Positions 25,529 through 36,272 of a stretch of 64,000 nt of DNA are shown one piece after another. The stretch lies in assembly GCA_965249135.1 (NCBI GenBank), contig OZ252220.1, positions 1,632,001-1,696,000 on the forward strand. The letters are read 5' to 3'. Position 1 is the stretch's first letter. The number at the start of each line of letters is the position of its first letter. A model generated the notes under the pieces. The model was not told where the DNA came from, searched no databases, and saw only the letters and a list, made by a program, of their open reading frames with translations. Both the position numbers and the translations under genes were made by a program. The DNA is from Alphaproteobacteria bacterium (GTDB taxonomy: Bacteria; Pseudomonadota; Alphaproteobacteria; GCA-2746255).

Positions 25529-26548
25529 TTAGCCGGCCGCGCGGAGCTTTGCCGGCTCGGGCAGGAGGGACATTTCGAGCATCCGCTCGATAGGCCTTAG
25601 GGCGGCGAGGCGAAGGTCGTCGTCAATTTTCACGGCTGGCGCCAGGTTCACGAGCGCCAGATAGAGTTTTTCCATCGTGTTCAGCGCCATGAACGGACAG
25701 GTCGAACAGGAGCAGGCTTCGTCCATGCCGGGAGCCGGGAGGAACCGTTTGTTGGGCGCGAGCTTCTGCATTTGATGGATGATGCCGGGTTCCGTCGCGA
25801 TGATGAATTCCTGGTCCGGCGAATCGAGGACGAAACGGATGAGGGAGGACGTGGAACCCACGTGATCCGCGTGATTGAGGATCGCTTCGGGACATTCCGG
25901 GTGGGCCGCGACCACTGCCTTCGCATGCCGGATTTTCAGCCGTACAAGCTCGCGCTCGGAGAACTGTTCGTGGACGATGCAGGTGCCCGGCCAGAGCAGC
26001 AGATCGCGGCCGGTCTTGCGACCGAGATAGGCCCCGAGGTGGCGGTCCGGCGCGAAAAGAATCGGCTGGTCTTCCGGCAATTGGCGGATGATGGCTTCGG
26101 CATTCGAAGAAGTGACGATGATATCGGAAAGCGCCTTCACCTCGGCGGAACAGTTGATATAGGTCAGCGCCATGTGGTCCGGATGGGCTTCCCGGAACGT
26201 GCGGAAGAGGTCCGGCGGGCAAGAGGATTCGAGTGAACAGCCGGCTTCCGCATCCGGCAACAGCACGCGCCGTCCGGGGCTCAGGATCTTGGCGGTCTCG
26301 GCCATGAAGCGCACCCCGCAGAACACGATCACGTCCGCATCCGTCTCGGCGGCGCGGCGCGACAGATCAAGGCTGTCGCCCACGAAGTCGGCGATGTCCT
26401 GAATCTCGGGCTCCTGGTAGTAGTGGGCCAGGATGACGGCATTCCGTTGGCGGCGCAGAAGGTTGATCTCCGCCTCAAGATCGAGGCCGGGATCGAGGCC
26501 CCCTGCCGTTGGCGCGCCAGGTGCCGGAAGCACGATGTTGTTGATCAT
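25529..26548 (-). CDS. nadA: Quinolinate synthase
   Basis: [38 protein letters not shown]; ATG 26548 (alternative GTG 26557). Confidence 0.97.
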   Translation of the reverse strand: MINNIVLPAPGAPTAGGLDPGLDLEAEINLLRRQRNAVILAHYYQEPEIQDIADFVGDSLDLSRRAAETDADVIVFCGVRFMAETAKILSPGRRVLLPDAEAGCSLESSCPPDLFRTFREAHPDHMALTYINCSAEVKALSDIIVTSSNAEAIIRQLPEDQPILFAPDRHLGAYLGRKTGRDLLLWPGTCIVHEQFSERELVRLKIRHAKAVVAAHPECPEAILNHADHVGSTSSLIRFVLDSPDQEFIIATEPGIIHQMQKLAPNKRFLPAPGMDEACSCSTCPFMALNTMEKLYLALVNLAPAVKIDDDLRLAALRPIERMLEMSLLPEPAKLRAAG

Positions 26549-26661
26549 TTTTCCCACTGCCGGAATGTCCCGGCCGCAAGCCCATACCCTAAAAGGCGAC
26601 TCATAAAGCGTTCGTAAAGGTTGTCCATGCCGGCTTTGCCTTTGGTGCCTTCGTCCTTAAC

Positions 26662-27903
26662 CTAGGAAGGTGGCGTCCGCGTTTCACTATTTTTCAGGAG
26701 ATTGCCGGTTTCTGCAAGGTTTTCCAAGGCGTTCGCCGCGCCTTCCTCTTCCGGGGGCGCGTCGGAAAGCACGAGATGGGCCTTTGCGAAATAGGCCTCC
26801 GATTGCATCTCCAGCAGCCGGGAAGCGGTTCTTCGAAATTCGAAGGCCCCATCGCCAGAGTCGTAAAGCGCTTCCGGCGGGGCTTCCGCACTCGCGATGA
26901 GCTTCACCTTGTGCTCGTAGAGGGCGTCGATAAGGGTGACGAAGCGCTTCGCTTCGTTTCGCTTTTCCGGGCCAAGGCGCGGGATCCGGTCGAGGATGAC
27001 GGTGTGGAACTGGTTGGCGATCTCGAGGTAGTCGGCAGCCCCCAGGGGCCGTTCGCAAAGCTCGGCGAAGGAGAGGTGGGCAACCCCGCGGGCGGCCCTC
27101 AGGACGGCAAGCTTGCGGCCGTGAACGAGAAGCGAGCAGGATTTTGGCGGGCTTCCCATCGTCAGGCGCTCAAACGCACGATCAAGGGCGGCTTCCGCCC
27201 CGTCATCCGTTCGGTAGGCGCTTAAATCCCGAAGCAATTGCAGTCGGTAATCCAGGCTACCGGCAAGCTCGTGGACGTGGAGCTTCTCCTTCATGAGTTC
27301 GATGAAGGGAAGGAAACTCTCCCGCTGGAGCCCGTCCTTGTAGAGATCGTCCGGCGGGCGGTTTGAGGCGACGACGACGACGACGTCTTCCTTGAAAAGC
27401 GCTTCGAACAGGCGGCCTAAGATCATGGCATCCGCGATGTCGAGGACCTGCAACTCGTCGAAACAGAGAAGCCATGCCTCGCGGGCCATCCCTGCCGCGA
27501 CGAAAGGCAGTGGATCCTTTGCCTTGCGATCGGCTGCCCTACTTTGCCGCCATTCATGAAGACGCTCATGGGCTTCCAGCATGAATTCATGAAAGTGCAC
27601 GCGGCGTTTGCGGCGCACCGGCGCGTGTTCGAAGAAAAGGTCCATCAGCATCGATTTTCCACGCCCGACATCCCCATAGAGATAGACTCCCTTCGGCGGC
27701 GCCGGCTCACGCCCGACCGGCATGAGCCGGCGCCGCCAGTCGTGCAAGGCCCGACGCGGACGGTAGTGGCTAAGCGCATCGTGGAGCGTGTCGAAATGAT
27801 GGAGAGTGGCAAGTTGCGCCGGGTCCGGCGTGATCTCGCCGGCCTTCGTCTGATGGTGGTAGGCGGCAAGCGGCCCGGCCTTCATCTTGAGGAAGCCTCG
27901 CAT
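26662..27903 (-). CDS. zapE: Cell division ATPase ZapE (AFG1 family)
   Basis: GDVGRGKS, RVHFHEFM, LCFDE, DIADAMILGRLF, FRRTASRLLEM; alternative start 27885. Confidence 0.95.
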   Translation of the reverse strand: MRGFLKMKAGPLAAYHHQTKAGEITPDPAQLATLHHFDTLHDALSHYRPRRALHDWRRRLMPVGREPAPPKGVYLYGDVGRGKSMLMDLFFEHAPVRRKRRVHFHEFMLEAHERLHEWRQSRAADRKAKDPLPFVAAGMAREAWLLCFDELQVLDIADAMILGRLFEALFKEDVVVVVASNRPPDDLYKDGLQRESFLPFIELMKEKLHVHELAGSLDYRLQLLRDLSAYRTDDGAEAALDRAFERLTMGSPPKSCSLLVHGRKLAVLRAARGVAHLSFAELCERPLGAADYLEIANQFHTVILDRIPRLGPEKRNEAKRFVTLIDALYEHKVKLIASAEAPPEALYDSGDGAFEFRRTASRLLEMQSEAYFAKAHLVLSDAPPEEEGAANALENLAETGNLLKNSETRTPPS

Positions 27904-27924
27904 TGTAACTCGCAGGAGGGGATC

Positions 27925-28704
27925 TTAGCGGCGCGCCACCAACAGTTTCTTAATCTCGGCGATCGATTTCGCCGGATTCAGACCCTTCGGGCAGGTCTTC
28001 GTGCAGTTCATGATCGTGTGGCAGCGGTAGAGGCGGAACGGGTCCTCAAGGTTATCAAGGCGTTTGCCCGTCGCCTCGTCCCGGCTGTCGACGATCCAGC
28101 GATAGGCGCCCAGAAGCACGGCGGGCCCCAAATAACGATCCTCGTTCCACCAATAACTCGGGCAGCCCGTCGAGCAGCAGAAACAAAGGACGCATTCCCA
28201 AAGGCCATCGAGCTTGGCCCGGTCTTCGTGGCTCTGGAGGCGCTCTTGGTTCGGTGGCGCGGGCGTGTCCGCCTGAAGCCAGGGTTCCACGGAGGCGTAT
28301 TGAGCGAAGATGTGGGTGAGATCCGGCACCAGGTCCTTCACGACCGCCATATGGGGCAGCGGATAGATCTTCGCATCGCCTTTGATATCCTCGATCGGAT
28401 GGAGACAGGCCAGCGTGTTCGTGCCGTCGACGTTCATCGAGCAGCTGCCGCAGATCCCTTCGCGGCAGGAGCGACGGAAGGTAAGCGAGGAATCGATCTC
28501 GTTCTTGATCTTGATCAGCGCGTCCAGAACCATCGGTCCGCAGCTGTCCAGGTCCACCTCATAGGTGTCGAGATGCGGGTTCTCGTCCTGATCGGGCTGC
28601 CAGCGATAGATGTGGAAATTTTTCACACGGGTGGCGCCGGCAGGGGCCTTGTAGGTCTTGCCCTTCTTGATCCTCGAATTCTTCGGCAGTGTGAATTCCA
28701 CCAT
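27925..28704 (-). CDS. sdhB: Succinate dehydrogenase iron-sulfur subunit
   Basis: [34 protein letters not shown]. Confidence 0.99.
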   Translation of the reverse strand: MVEFTLPKNSRIKKGKTYKAPAGATRVKNFHIYRWQPDQDENPHLDTYEVDLDSCGPMVLDALIKIKNEIDSSLTFRRSCREGICGSCSMNVDGTNTLACLHPIEDIKGDAKIYPLPHMAVVKDLVPDLTHIFAQYASVEPWLQADTPAPPNQERLQSHEDRAKLDGLWECVLCFCCSTGCPSYWWNEDRYLGPAVLLGAYRWIVDSRDEATGKRLDNLEDPFRLYRCHTIMNCTKTCPKGLNPAKSIAEIKKLLVARR

Positions 28705-28728
28705 CGTCGCTACCTCGAAGCCTTTGCC

Positions 28729-30516
28729 CTAATAGACCCGTTCCTTCGGAGGGATCGTCTCGATCTCGTTTGTCAGGGTGTTCAAATGCACGGGCCGATA
28801 GTCGAGACGAATTTTCCCGTCCGGGCCGACATAGGAAAGCGTATGCTTCAGCCAGTTTTTGTCATCGCGATCCGGATAATCTTCCCGCGCATGGGCGCCC
28901 CGGCTCTCATGGCGCGCCTCCGCGCCATACATTGCCACGCGCGCTTGGATGAGAAGGTTTTCAAGCTCCAGCGTTTCGACGAGATCCGAATTCCAGACCA
29001 ATGAGTTGTCCTCGACAGAGACATCCGAAAGCGTGGCGGCCACCGCATCGATTTTCGCAACGCCTTCCTTAAGAATTTCCGAATTCCTAAAGACGGCGCA
29101 GTTGGACTGCATCGTCTTTTGCATGTCGAGGCGGATCTCGGCGGTACGCAGCGAGCCTTTTGCGTGACGGAAGTGATCCAGCCTCGCGATCGATTCTTCC
29201 CCGGTGTCGGAGCTGAGCGGGGGATGCGATGCACCTTTCGTCACGATTTCGGAGGCGCGGCTCGCGGCGGCACGACCGAAGACGATGATATCGACAAGCG
29301 AGTTGCAGCCCAGACGATTCGCGCCGTGAACGGAAACGGATGCGGTTTCGCCGATCGCCATCAACCCCGGACAAACCGCGTCCGGGTTTTCCTTCGTCGG
29401 TCGCAGAACCTCGCCATAATGGTTCGTCGGAATGCCGCCCATGTTGTAATGGACGGTCGGCAGAACCGGGATCGGCTCCTTCGTCACGTCGACGCCGGCA
29501 AAGACTTTTGCCGTCTCGGAGATGCCGGGCAGGCGTTCGTGAAGCAGAGCCGCCTCAAGATGTTCGAGGTGGAGATAGATATGGTCGTTCTCCGGCCCGA
29601 CCCCACGACCCTCGCGGATTTCCACCGTCATCGAACGGCTGACGACGTCGCGGGAGGCGAGGTCCTTCGCGGTCGGTGCGTAGCGTTCCATGAACCGTTC
29701 GCCTTCGGCATTCGTCAGGTAACCACCTTCGCCGCGCGCCCCTTCCGTGATCAGGCAGCCCGCCCCGTAGATGCCGGTCGGATGGAACTGGATGAACTCC
29801 ATATCCTGCAACGGCAGGCCACTTTGCGCGGCCATCGCGTTGCCGTCGCCCGTGCAGATATGGGCCGAGGTGCAGGAGAAGTAGGCACGTCCGTAACCGC
29901 CCGTCGCCAGCACCGTGACATGGGCGCGGAAACGGTGGATCGTTCCGTCGTCCAGGCACCAGGCAAGGAGGCCCTGACAGGCGCCCGCCTCATCCATCAA
30001 GAGGCCAAGCGCGAAGTACTCGTTGTAGAACTCGGCCTGGTGCTTGAGGCATTGCTGATAAAGCGTGTGCAGAATGGCATGGCCCGTGCGGTCGGCGGCG
30101 GCGCAGGCCCGGTGCGCCATCTTTTCGCCGTAGTTGAGCGTGTGCCCGCCAAAAGGGCGTTGATAAATCTTTCCTTCCGGCGTGCGCGAGAAGGGCACGC
30201 CGAGATGCTCAAGCTCCAGCACGGCCGGGATCGCATTGCGGCACATGTATTCGATCGCGTCCTGATCGCCCAGCCAGTCGGACCCTTTGACGGTGTCGTA
30301 CATGTGAAAGCGCCAGTCGTCCTCCATGACATTGCCAAGGGCAGCGCCCATGCCGCCTTGGGCGGCGACGGTGTGGCTACGGGTCGGATAGACCTTCGTC
30401 ACACAGGCCGTCTTGAGGCTGGCCGCCGTCATGCCAAGGGTGGCGCGAAGCCCGGCACCGCCGGCGCCGACGACGATCGCATCATAGGTGTGATCGATGA
30501 TTTCGTAAGCCGCCAT
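28729..30516 (-). CDS. sdhA: Succinate dehydrogenase flavoprotein subunit
   Basis: [34 protein letters not shown]. Confidence 0.99.
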   Translation of the reverse strand: MAAYEIIDHTYDAIVVGAGGAGLRATLGMTAASLKTACVTKVYPTRSHTVAAQGGMGAALGNVMEDDWRFHMYDTVKGSDWLGDQDAIEYMCRNAIPAVLELEHLGVPFSRTPEGKIYQRPFGGHTLNYGEKMAHRACAAADRTGHAILHTLYQQCLKHQAEFYNEYFALGLLMDEAGACQGLLAWCLDDGTIHRFRAHVTVLATGGYGRAYFSCTSAHICTGDGNAMAAQSGLPLQDMEFIQFHPTGIYGAGCLITEGARGEGGYLTNAEGERFMERYAPTAKDLASRDVVSRSMTVEIREGRGVGPENDHIYLHLEHLEAALLHERLPGISETAKVFAGVDVTKEPIPVLPTVHYNMGGIPTNHYGEVLRPTKENPDAVCPGLMAIGETASVSVHGANRLGCNSLVDIIVFGRAAASRASEIVTKGASHPPLSSDTGEESIARLDHFRHAKGSLRTAEIRLDMQKTMQSNCAVFRNSEILKEGVAKIDAVAATLSDVSVEDNSLVWNSDLVETLELENLLIQARVAMYGAEARHESRGAHAREDYPDRDDKNWLKHTLSYVGPDGKIRLDYRPVHLNTLTNEIETIPPKERVY

Positions 30517-30521
30517 TCCCT

Positions 30522-30902
30522 CTATCCCTGAAACGCGATTTTAAGAACCCCGAAGACGGCGGCCACACCTATGACGAGACAGGCGAGCTTGACGAGCAAG
30601 ATCGAGGCAAGCTTCAAACCCTCGTTGTGAACGTAGTCTTCGAGCACGACCTGAAGGCCGAGTTGGGCGTGGTAGAAGGTCGCCGTAAAAAGAAGGATCA
30701 GCAGAACCGCCGGCACCGGTGCGCCGATCCAGGCGATCGTCGTCGCGTGGTCCGCCCCGATCAAGGAAAGTAGGGAGGCGACGAACCAAAGCGTCAAGGG
30801 AACGAGCGCGATTGCCGTGACGCGCTGGGCCCACCAATGGGCCGTGCCTTCCTTCGCCGACCCGAGACCGCGCGCCAGGCTCAAGGGGGAGCGTAGGCTC
30901 AT
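30522..30902 (-). CDS. sdhD: Succinate dehydrogenase membrane anchor
   Basis: [33 protein letters not shown]; ATG overlaps sdhC stop. Confidence 0.96.
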   Translation of the reverse strand: MSLRSPLSLARGLGSAKEGTAHWWAQRVTAIALVPLTLWFVASLLSLIGADHATTIAWIGAPVPAVLLILLFTATFYHAQLGLQVVLEDYVHNEGLKLASILLVKLACLVIGVAAVFGVLKIAFQG

Positions 30903-31297
30903 GAGCCGCTTCCGATGAGGCCATAGCCAGCCGACCACGCGAGAAGCGTGAGCACCCCTGTTGCGATGAGCACGCCCCAGCCCCCCAGCGTGACTTGGCG
31001 GAGTTCGAAACCGAAACCGGCATCCCACAGCAAATGCCGGATGCCATTCGTCAGGTGATAGAAAAGGGCGACCGTCCAGCCGAAAAGCAAAAGCCGGCCC
31101 AGCCACGACGCCGTGAAGGCCTGGGCGGTCGCGAAGGTCTCTGCCCCTTGGGCCGCCGCCACGATCCAATAGACGAGGTGGAGCGTACCAATCGCCAGCA
31201 CGATGCCGGTGAGGCGATGAAGAATCGAAAGGACCGACGTGATTTGAGGCCGGTAGACCTGCAGATGGGGCGAGAGGGGCCGTTTGCCCGTGGACAT
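30899..31297 (-). CDS. sdhC: Succinate dehydrogenase cytochrome b556 subunit
   Basis: RPLSPHLQVY, SILHRLTG, YHLTNGIRHLLWD. Confidence 0.98.
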   Translation of the reverse strand: MSTGKRPLSPHLQVYRPQITSVLSILHRLTGIVLAIGTLHLVYWIVAAAQGAETFATAQAFTASWLGRLLLFGWTVALFYHLTNGIRHLLWDAGFGFELRQVTLGGWGVLIATGVLTLLAWSAGYGLIGSGS

Positions 31298-31329
31298 CCT
31301 AGCCTCATGGATGAATTGGTAGAATCGCA

Positions 31330-31358
31330 GGTGTAACCTGCCGCCTCGGTGGGGTCAA
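31330..31358 (-). promoter_or_regulatory. Candidate sigma70 promoter of sdhC
   Basis: Minus strand TTGACC-N17-TACACC. Confidence 0.5.
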
Positions 31359-31386
31359 CTTTGGTTGAAAAGGGTATGGATAAGGT

Positions 31387-32436
31387 TTAGCGAGGCAGAA
31401 GGACCGTGTAATCGAGGTCGAGAATGACCGCCGGGTCGTATTTTCCGTCCTTTCCCTTATAGGGAAAATCCGTGCAAGCCTGGTCCTTCGTCGCCACGGT
31501 CCTGAGCCGGAGTGCGCCCAGGGATTCCAGGCCCGGGATCGTTTCCTTCTCCAGGATATCCGACCACGCATAGACCGTGTCGCCAGCAAAGCACGGCGCC
31601 ACATGGATACCGGCGTTGACGGCGGCGATACGAAAGGCGTTGCCAAGTCCGTTGAAGCTCAAGCTCCGCGCCAGGCTGATGACGTGACCGCCATAGGCGA
31701 TGCGCCGGCCGAAGCGGCCCTCACGCTCCGTATGCAAATTGAAGTGCACCTTCGCCGTGTTCTGGTAGAGGCGCGCCGCCAGCGCATGTTCGGCCTCTTC
31801 AACCGTCATGCCGTCGACGTGGTCGATTCTTTCGCCGACCTCGTAATCCTCGAAGCGATAGGGCGAGCCGGCCAGCCGGTTGTCATAGAGGTTCAACTTG
31901 ATTTCCGCGGGCAGTGCGAGCTGCGTAAGGGTGACCTTCTCCGGCAACTCCGGGACCGTCGCCTTCGGAGTGGAAGCGGCCGCGTCGCGTTTCGGTATCA
32001 TGACCCAGCGAACAAACTCGAGAACGGTCTGATGCCGCTGGTTGATACCCTTCGAACGGACATAGACGACGCCGGTTTTCCTATTCGAGTTTTCCTTGAT
32101 GCCGATGACGCTTGAGCGTGTGGAAAGGGTGTCATTGGGAAAAACCGGGACCCCAAAACGGCAATCCGCGTAGCCGAGATTCGCAACCGCATTCAGTGAA
32201 ATATCCGGAACGGTTTTTCCAAAGACGACGTGAAAGACAAGAAGGTCGTCGACCGGCGCACGCATGTAACCGACGCTGCGGGCGAACTGATCCGAAGATT
32301 GAACGGCGAAACGGGAACCATAGAGTGCCATGTAAAGGGCAACGTCGCCAGAAGTGACGGTTCGCGGTGTCGAGTGAACGATCTCCTGTCCGACCTCGAA
32401 ATCTTCGAAAAAATTTCCGGCATTCGTTTTCGTCAC
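31387..32436 (-). CDS. mch: Mesaconyl-C1-CoA hydratase / beta-methylmalyl-CoA dehydratase (double MaoC)
   Basis: KTNAGNFFEDF, FHVVFGKTVPDISLNAVANLGY, YQNTAKVHFN, YGGHVISLAR. Confidence 0.85.
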   Translation of the reverse strand: MTKTNAGNFFEDFEVGQEIVHSTPRTVTSGDVALYMALYGSRFAVQSSDQFARSVGYMRAPVDDLLVFHVVFGKTVPDISLNAVANLGYADCRFGVPVFPNDTLSTRSSVIGIKENSNRKTGVVYVRSKGINQRHQTVLEFVRWVMIPKRDAAASTPKATVPELPEKVTLTQLALPAEIKLNLYDNRLAGSPYRFEDYEVGERIDHVDGMTVEEAEHALAARLYQNTAKVHFNLHTEREGRFGRRIAYGGHVISLARSLSFNGLGNAFRIAAVNAGIHVAPCFAGDTVYAWSDILEKETIPGLESLGALRLRTVATKDQACTDFPYKGKDGKYDPAVILDLDYTVLLPR

Positions 32437-33320
32437 GCTACCGCTTCCTTTTCCATCTCGGCTATGGCTTGCGACATCTGAACGATACGCTCTGCGTTCA
32501 AGACGTGCAGATTTTCGATCAGTTTTCCATCGACGACGACGACCCCTTTTCCTTCCGCCGCGGCCGCCTTGTGGGCGTCGATGACCTTATGGGAGAAGGC
32601 AATTTCGTCTTTTGAAGGCGCAAAAATCGCGTTCGCCGGCCCGATCTGTTTGGGATGGATGAGCGTCTTGCCATCGAAACCAAGCTCGGCGCCTTGGCGG
32701 CAGGCATCGGCGAAGCCTTCCTCGTCGCCGAGATCGAGGGTGACGCCATCGACGATGGCAAGGTCAAACGCGCGGGCGGCGAGCAGGCAAAGACCAAGGC
32801 TCGTCAACATCGGAAGCCGTATCGGTGTGTGGGTCGCCTGCAGGTCCTTCGTCAGATCGGACGTGCCCATCACGAAGCCGCCGAGTCTTGCGCTTGCCTT
32901 TGCGATCGCTTCGGCATGGAGGATACCGGCCGGGGTTTCCATCATGCACCAGATGGAAAGGGTTTCCGGTGCGCCGTTTGTCTTGAGCACGGCTTCCGCT
33001 TGCCTCACCTGTTCGGCGCTGCCGATCTTCGGCAGCAACACGGCATCTGCCCCGCTGGTTGCGGCGGCGACCAGGTCTTCCGCGCCCCACGGCGTATCGG
33101 CACCATTCACCCGCAGCAGGATTTCGCGCTTCCCATAGCCGCCGGCCTCGAGCGCGTCCGTCACCATCTTGCGCGCCGCTTCCTTCGCATCCGGTGCTAC
33201 GGCGTCCTCGAGGTCGAGGATCAGGCCATCGGCGGGAAGGCTTCGCGCCTTTTCAAGGGCGCGCGCATTCGAACCCGGCATATAAAGGACGCTGCGGCGG
33301 GGACGGACGGTTTTCGGCAT
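32433..33320 (-). CDS. CitE-family CoA ester lyase, probably (3S)-malyl-CoA thioesterase (Mcl2-like)
   Basis: RSVLYMPGS, LDLEDAVAP, MMETP, GFDGKTLIHP, LIENLH; overlaps mch start. Confidence 0.8.
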   Translation of the reverse strand: MPKTVRPRRSVLYMPGSNARALEKARSLPADGLILDLEDAVAPDAKEAARKMVTDALEAGGYGKREILLRVNGADTPWGAEDLVAAATSGADAVLLPKIGSAEQVRQAEAVLKTNGAPETLSIWCMMETPAGILHAEAIAKASARLGGFVMGTSDLTKDLQATHTPIRLPMLTSLGLCLLAARAFDLAIVDGVTLDLGDEEGFADACRQGAELGFDGKTLIHPKQIGPANAIFAPSKDEIAFSHKVIDAHKAAAAEGKGVVVVDGKLIENLHVLNAERIVQMSQAIAEMEKEAVA

Positions 33321-33384
33321 TTTTAGACCTCCCTGAAGGCCTCAAGACGGCTCGAGACTATCGAAAAGCTTTAAGTCCCGGCAA

Positions 33385-33408
33385 CCCTGCCTGAGACTTC
33401 AGGCGGGG
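33385..33408 (-). terminator. Hairpin just after asd stop
   Basis: Plus strand CCCTGCCTGA-GACT-TCAGGCGGGG; U-tract weak. Confidence 0.4.
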
Positions 33409-33411
33409 CGT

Positions 33412-34428
33412 TCAACCAATATAGTCGGAAACGAGGGTTTCGGCGATCTGTACCGCATTCAAGGCGGCACCCTTGCGCAAGTTGTCGGCGACGATCCAGA
33501 GATTAAGGCCATGGGGCCGGGTCGGATCGGCCCGTACGCGGGAGACGAAGACCTTGTCCTCACCAGCGCATTCCTGCGGGGTCACGTAGCCTTCCTCCGT
33601 CCGGTAGTCGATGACGGAGACGCTGGGGAAGGCCTTCAAGGCTTTCCGCGCCGCGTCCACCGAGATCGGGTTTTCAAACTCGACGTTCACGGCTTCGGCG
33701 TGACCAATGAAGACCGGCACCCGCACGCAGGTGGCCGTCACCTGGATGTCGGGGCCCAGAATCTTCTGGGTTTCGACGGCCATCTTCCATTCTTCCTTCG
33801 TCGAACCGTCGTCGAGGAAGGCATCGATCTGCGGGATCACGTTGAAGGCGATCTGCTTGGGGAACGCTTCCTTTTTGACCGGGTCGTTGACGTAGATCGC
33901 ACGCGTTTGATTGAAGAGTTCATCCATCGCTTCGCGGCCTGCACCGGAGACGGACTGATAGGTTGCGACCACGACACGGCGGATGCGCGCCAGATCGTGA
34001 AGAGGCTTCAGCGCGAGCACCATTTGAATCGTCGAACAGTTCGGATTGGCGATGATCTTGCGTGCCTGGTAGCCGGCAATCGCGTGGCCGTTCACCTCCG
34101 GCACGACGAGAGGGACGTCCGGTTCCATCCGGAAGTGCGAGGTGTTGTCGATGACGATCGCGCCTGCGTTGGCTGCCCGTGGTGCGTGCCGGGCCGAGAC
34201 CTTCGCGCCGGGCGAGAAAAGCGCGATGTCGATACCGGCGAAATCGAACTTGTCGAGGGCCTCGACGTTCAATTGCTTCTCCTCGCCAAAGGAAACCGTC
34301 CGCCCTTCGGAGGCGCCGGAGGCAAGTGCGATCACCTCGTCGGCGGGGAAGGCCCGCTCGGCAAGGATCTGCAATATTTCATGGCCGACGGCACCGGTCG
34401 CGCCGGCGACGGCAATTCGATATCCCAT
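33412..34428 (-). CDS. asd: Aspartate-semialdehyde dehydrogenase
   Basis: GATGAVG, IANPNCST, YQSVSGAG, CVRVPV, DNLRKGAALN; ATG at 34428. Confidence 0.98.
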   Translation of the reverse strand: MGYRIAVAGATGAVGHEILQILAERAFPADEVIALASGASEGRTVSFGEEKQLNVEALDKFDFAGIDIALFSPGAKVSARHAPRAANAGAIVIDNTSHFRMEPDVPLVVPEVNGHAIAGYQARKIIANPNCSTIQMVLALKPLHDLARIRRVVVATYQSVSGAGREAMDELFNQTRAIYVNDPVKKEAFPKQIAFNVIPQIDAFLDDGSTKEEWKMAVETQKILGPDIQVTATCVRVPVFIGHAEAVNVEFENPISVDAARKALKAFPSVSVIDYRTEEGYVTPQECAGEDKVFVSRVRADPTRPHGLNLWIVADNLRKGAALNAVQIAETLVSDYIG

Positions 34429-34505
34429 CGTTCTTAAAGTCCGTGCCAAAGGGTGGCAGAGAGGAGGCCTAGATACGCGCTTGGCCTCCTTTTTTCAAGC
34501 TCGCT

Positions 34506-35618
34506 TCACCCTTTGGGCTTGTCGAGCTCGCGAAGCAGGGCCTCGCCCATCACCGAGGTTGAGACCTTTGCTTTTCCCGGCTCCATGATGTCGGCCGTAC
34601 GAAGCCCGCCATCGAGGACGCGGCGAACCGCCTCTTCAATGGCACCCGCTTCCTCTTTTCGATCGAAGGAGTAGCGAAGCAGCATCGCGAAACTCAAGAT
34701 CGTCGCGAGTGGGTTCGCGATGTCCTGGCCGGCGATGTCCGGCGCACTTCCGTGCACGGGCTCGTAAAGGGCCGGGCACCTGCCTGCTTCATCCGAAGCG
34801 CCGAGGGAGGCGGAAGGCAACATGCCGAGCGATCCGGTCAGCATCGCCGCTTCGTCCGACAGCATGTCGCCGAAGAGGTTGTCCGTCACGATGACGTCGA
34901 ACTGTTTCGGCTGCCGCACGAGCTGCATGGCGCAATTGTCCGCGTACATATGCGCAAGCTCCACGTCCGCATATTCCGCCTTATGGAGCTTCGTGACTTC
35001 TTCCCGCCACAAAAGCCCGCTTTCCATGACGTTGCTCTTTTCGACGGAGCAGACGCGCCTGTCGCGCTTCTTCGCAAGCTCGAAGGCGACACGCGCCACC
35101 CGGTGGATCTCTTCCGTCGTGTAGACCTGGGTGTTCACGCCTCGACGCGCGCCACCGCCGATTTCTTCGATCCCCCTCGGTTCGCCGAAATAGATGCCAC
35201 CGGTAAGCTCGCGCACGATCAGAATGTCGAGCCCCTCGACGAATTCGCGCTTGAGCGAAGAGGCATTGGCCAAGGCGTCGAAGATGATCGCCGGCCTGAG
35301 ATTGGCGAAGAGCCCCATCTCCTTTCGAATGCGAAGCAGGCCGCGTTCCGGTTTCTTATCGAAAGGAAGCCCATCCCATTCAGGCCCGCCGACGGCGCCC
35401 AGCAGGACGGCGTCCGCCGCCATCGCCGCCGCCATCGTTTCGTCCGAAAGAGGGGTTCCGTGTTCGTCATAGGCGGCGCCACCGATGAGGCCTTCCTCGA
35501 TGGCGAACGTGATATTGCGGCGCGTATCCAGCCAGTGAAGCAGGTGACGGACCTCGGTCATCACCTCCGGACCGATGCCGTCGCCTGGCAATAGAAGGAT
35601 CTTTCCGATGGTAGCTAT
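34506..35618 (-). CDS. leuB: 3-isopropylmalate dehydrogenase (probable ATA start at 35618)
   Basis: [47 protein letters not shown]; the KILL strand lies upstream of the TTG chosen by the ORF track. Confidence 0.93.
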   Translation of the reverse strand: MATIGKILLLPGDGIGPEVMTEVRHLLHWLDTRRNITFAIEEGLIGGAAYDEHGTPLSDETMAAAMAADAVLLGAVGGPEWDGLPFDKKPERGLLRIRKEMGLFANLRPAIIFDALANASSLKREFVEGLDILIVRELTGGIYFGEPRGIEEIGGGARRGVNTQVYTTEEIHRVARVAFELAKKRDRRVCSVEKSNVMESGLLWREEVTKLHKAEYADVELAHMYADNCAMQLVRQPKQFDVIVTDNLFGDMLSDEAAMLTGSLGMLPSASLGASDEAGRCPALYEPVHGSAPDIAGQDIANPLATILSFAMLLRYSFDRKEEAGAIEEAVRRVLDGGLRTADIMEPGKAKVSTSVMGEALLRELDKPKG

Positions 35619-35648
35619 GGCCTTAAGCTTTCGATTACGAAGAAGGGC

Positions 35649-36260
35649 TCAGCGATAGAGCCAGGGTTGCGTTTCGCGTTGTTTCGCCTCGAAGGCGGCG
35701 ATTTTTTCTTCCTTCTTGAGGGTAAGCGCGATGTCGTCGAGCCCTTCCAGCAGGCAGTGCTTGAGATAAGGATCGATGTCGAAGGAGAGCGTCGTACCAT
35801 CGGCGCGGGTGAGGATTTGCGATTCGAGGTCGATCTTGAGTGCTCCGTCCTCCCCCTTTTCTGTGGCCTTCATCAGGGCTTCCACCGTCTCTTCGGCCAG
35901 CCGAACCGCCAGGATGCCGTTCTTGAAGCAGTTGCCGTAGAAGATGTCGGCGAAGGAAGGCGCAATCACGCAACGGATTCCGAAATCGCAGATCGCCCAG
36001 ACGGCGTGCTCGCGGCTGGAGCCGCAGCCGAAATTCGCGCCCGTCACCAAAACCTTCGCGGATTTCCAGGGGGCCTGGTTCAGCACGAAGTCCGCCTTCA
36101 CCGTCCCATCCGGCGCGTAGCGCATGTCGTAGAAAAGATTCTCACCAAGTCCCGTCCGCTTGATCGTCTTCAGGAATTGTTTCGGGATGATCATGTCCGT
36201 ATCGACATTGATCATCGGAAGGGGGGCGGCGATGCCTTCAAAGTTTTGGAATTTTTCCAT
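35649..36260 (-). CDS. leuD: 3-isopropylmalate dehydratase small subunit
   Basis: [33 protein letters not shown]. Confidence 0.98.
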   Translation of the reverse strand: MEKFQNFEGIAAPLPMINVDTDMIIPKQFLKTIKRTGLGENLFYDMRYAPDGTVKADFVLNQAPWKSAKVLVTGANFGCGSSREHAVWAICDFGIRCVIAPSFADIFYGNCFKNGILAVRLAEETVEALMKATEKGEDGALKIDLESQILTRADGTTLSFDIDPYLKHCLLEGLDDIALTLKKEEKIAAFEAKQRETQPWLYR

Positions 36261-36272
36261 TTTCCAGCTGCC

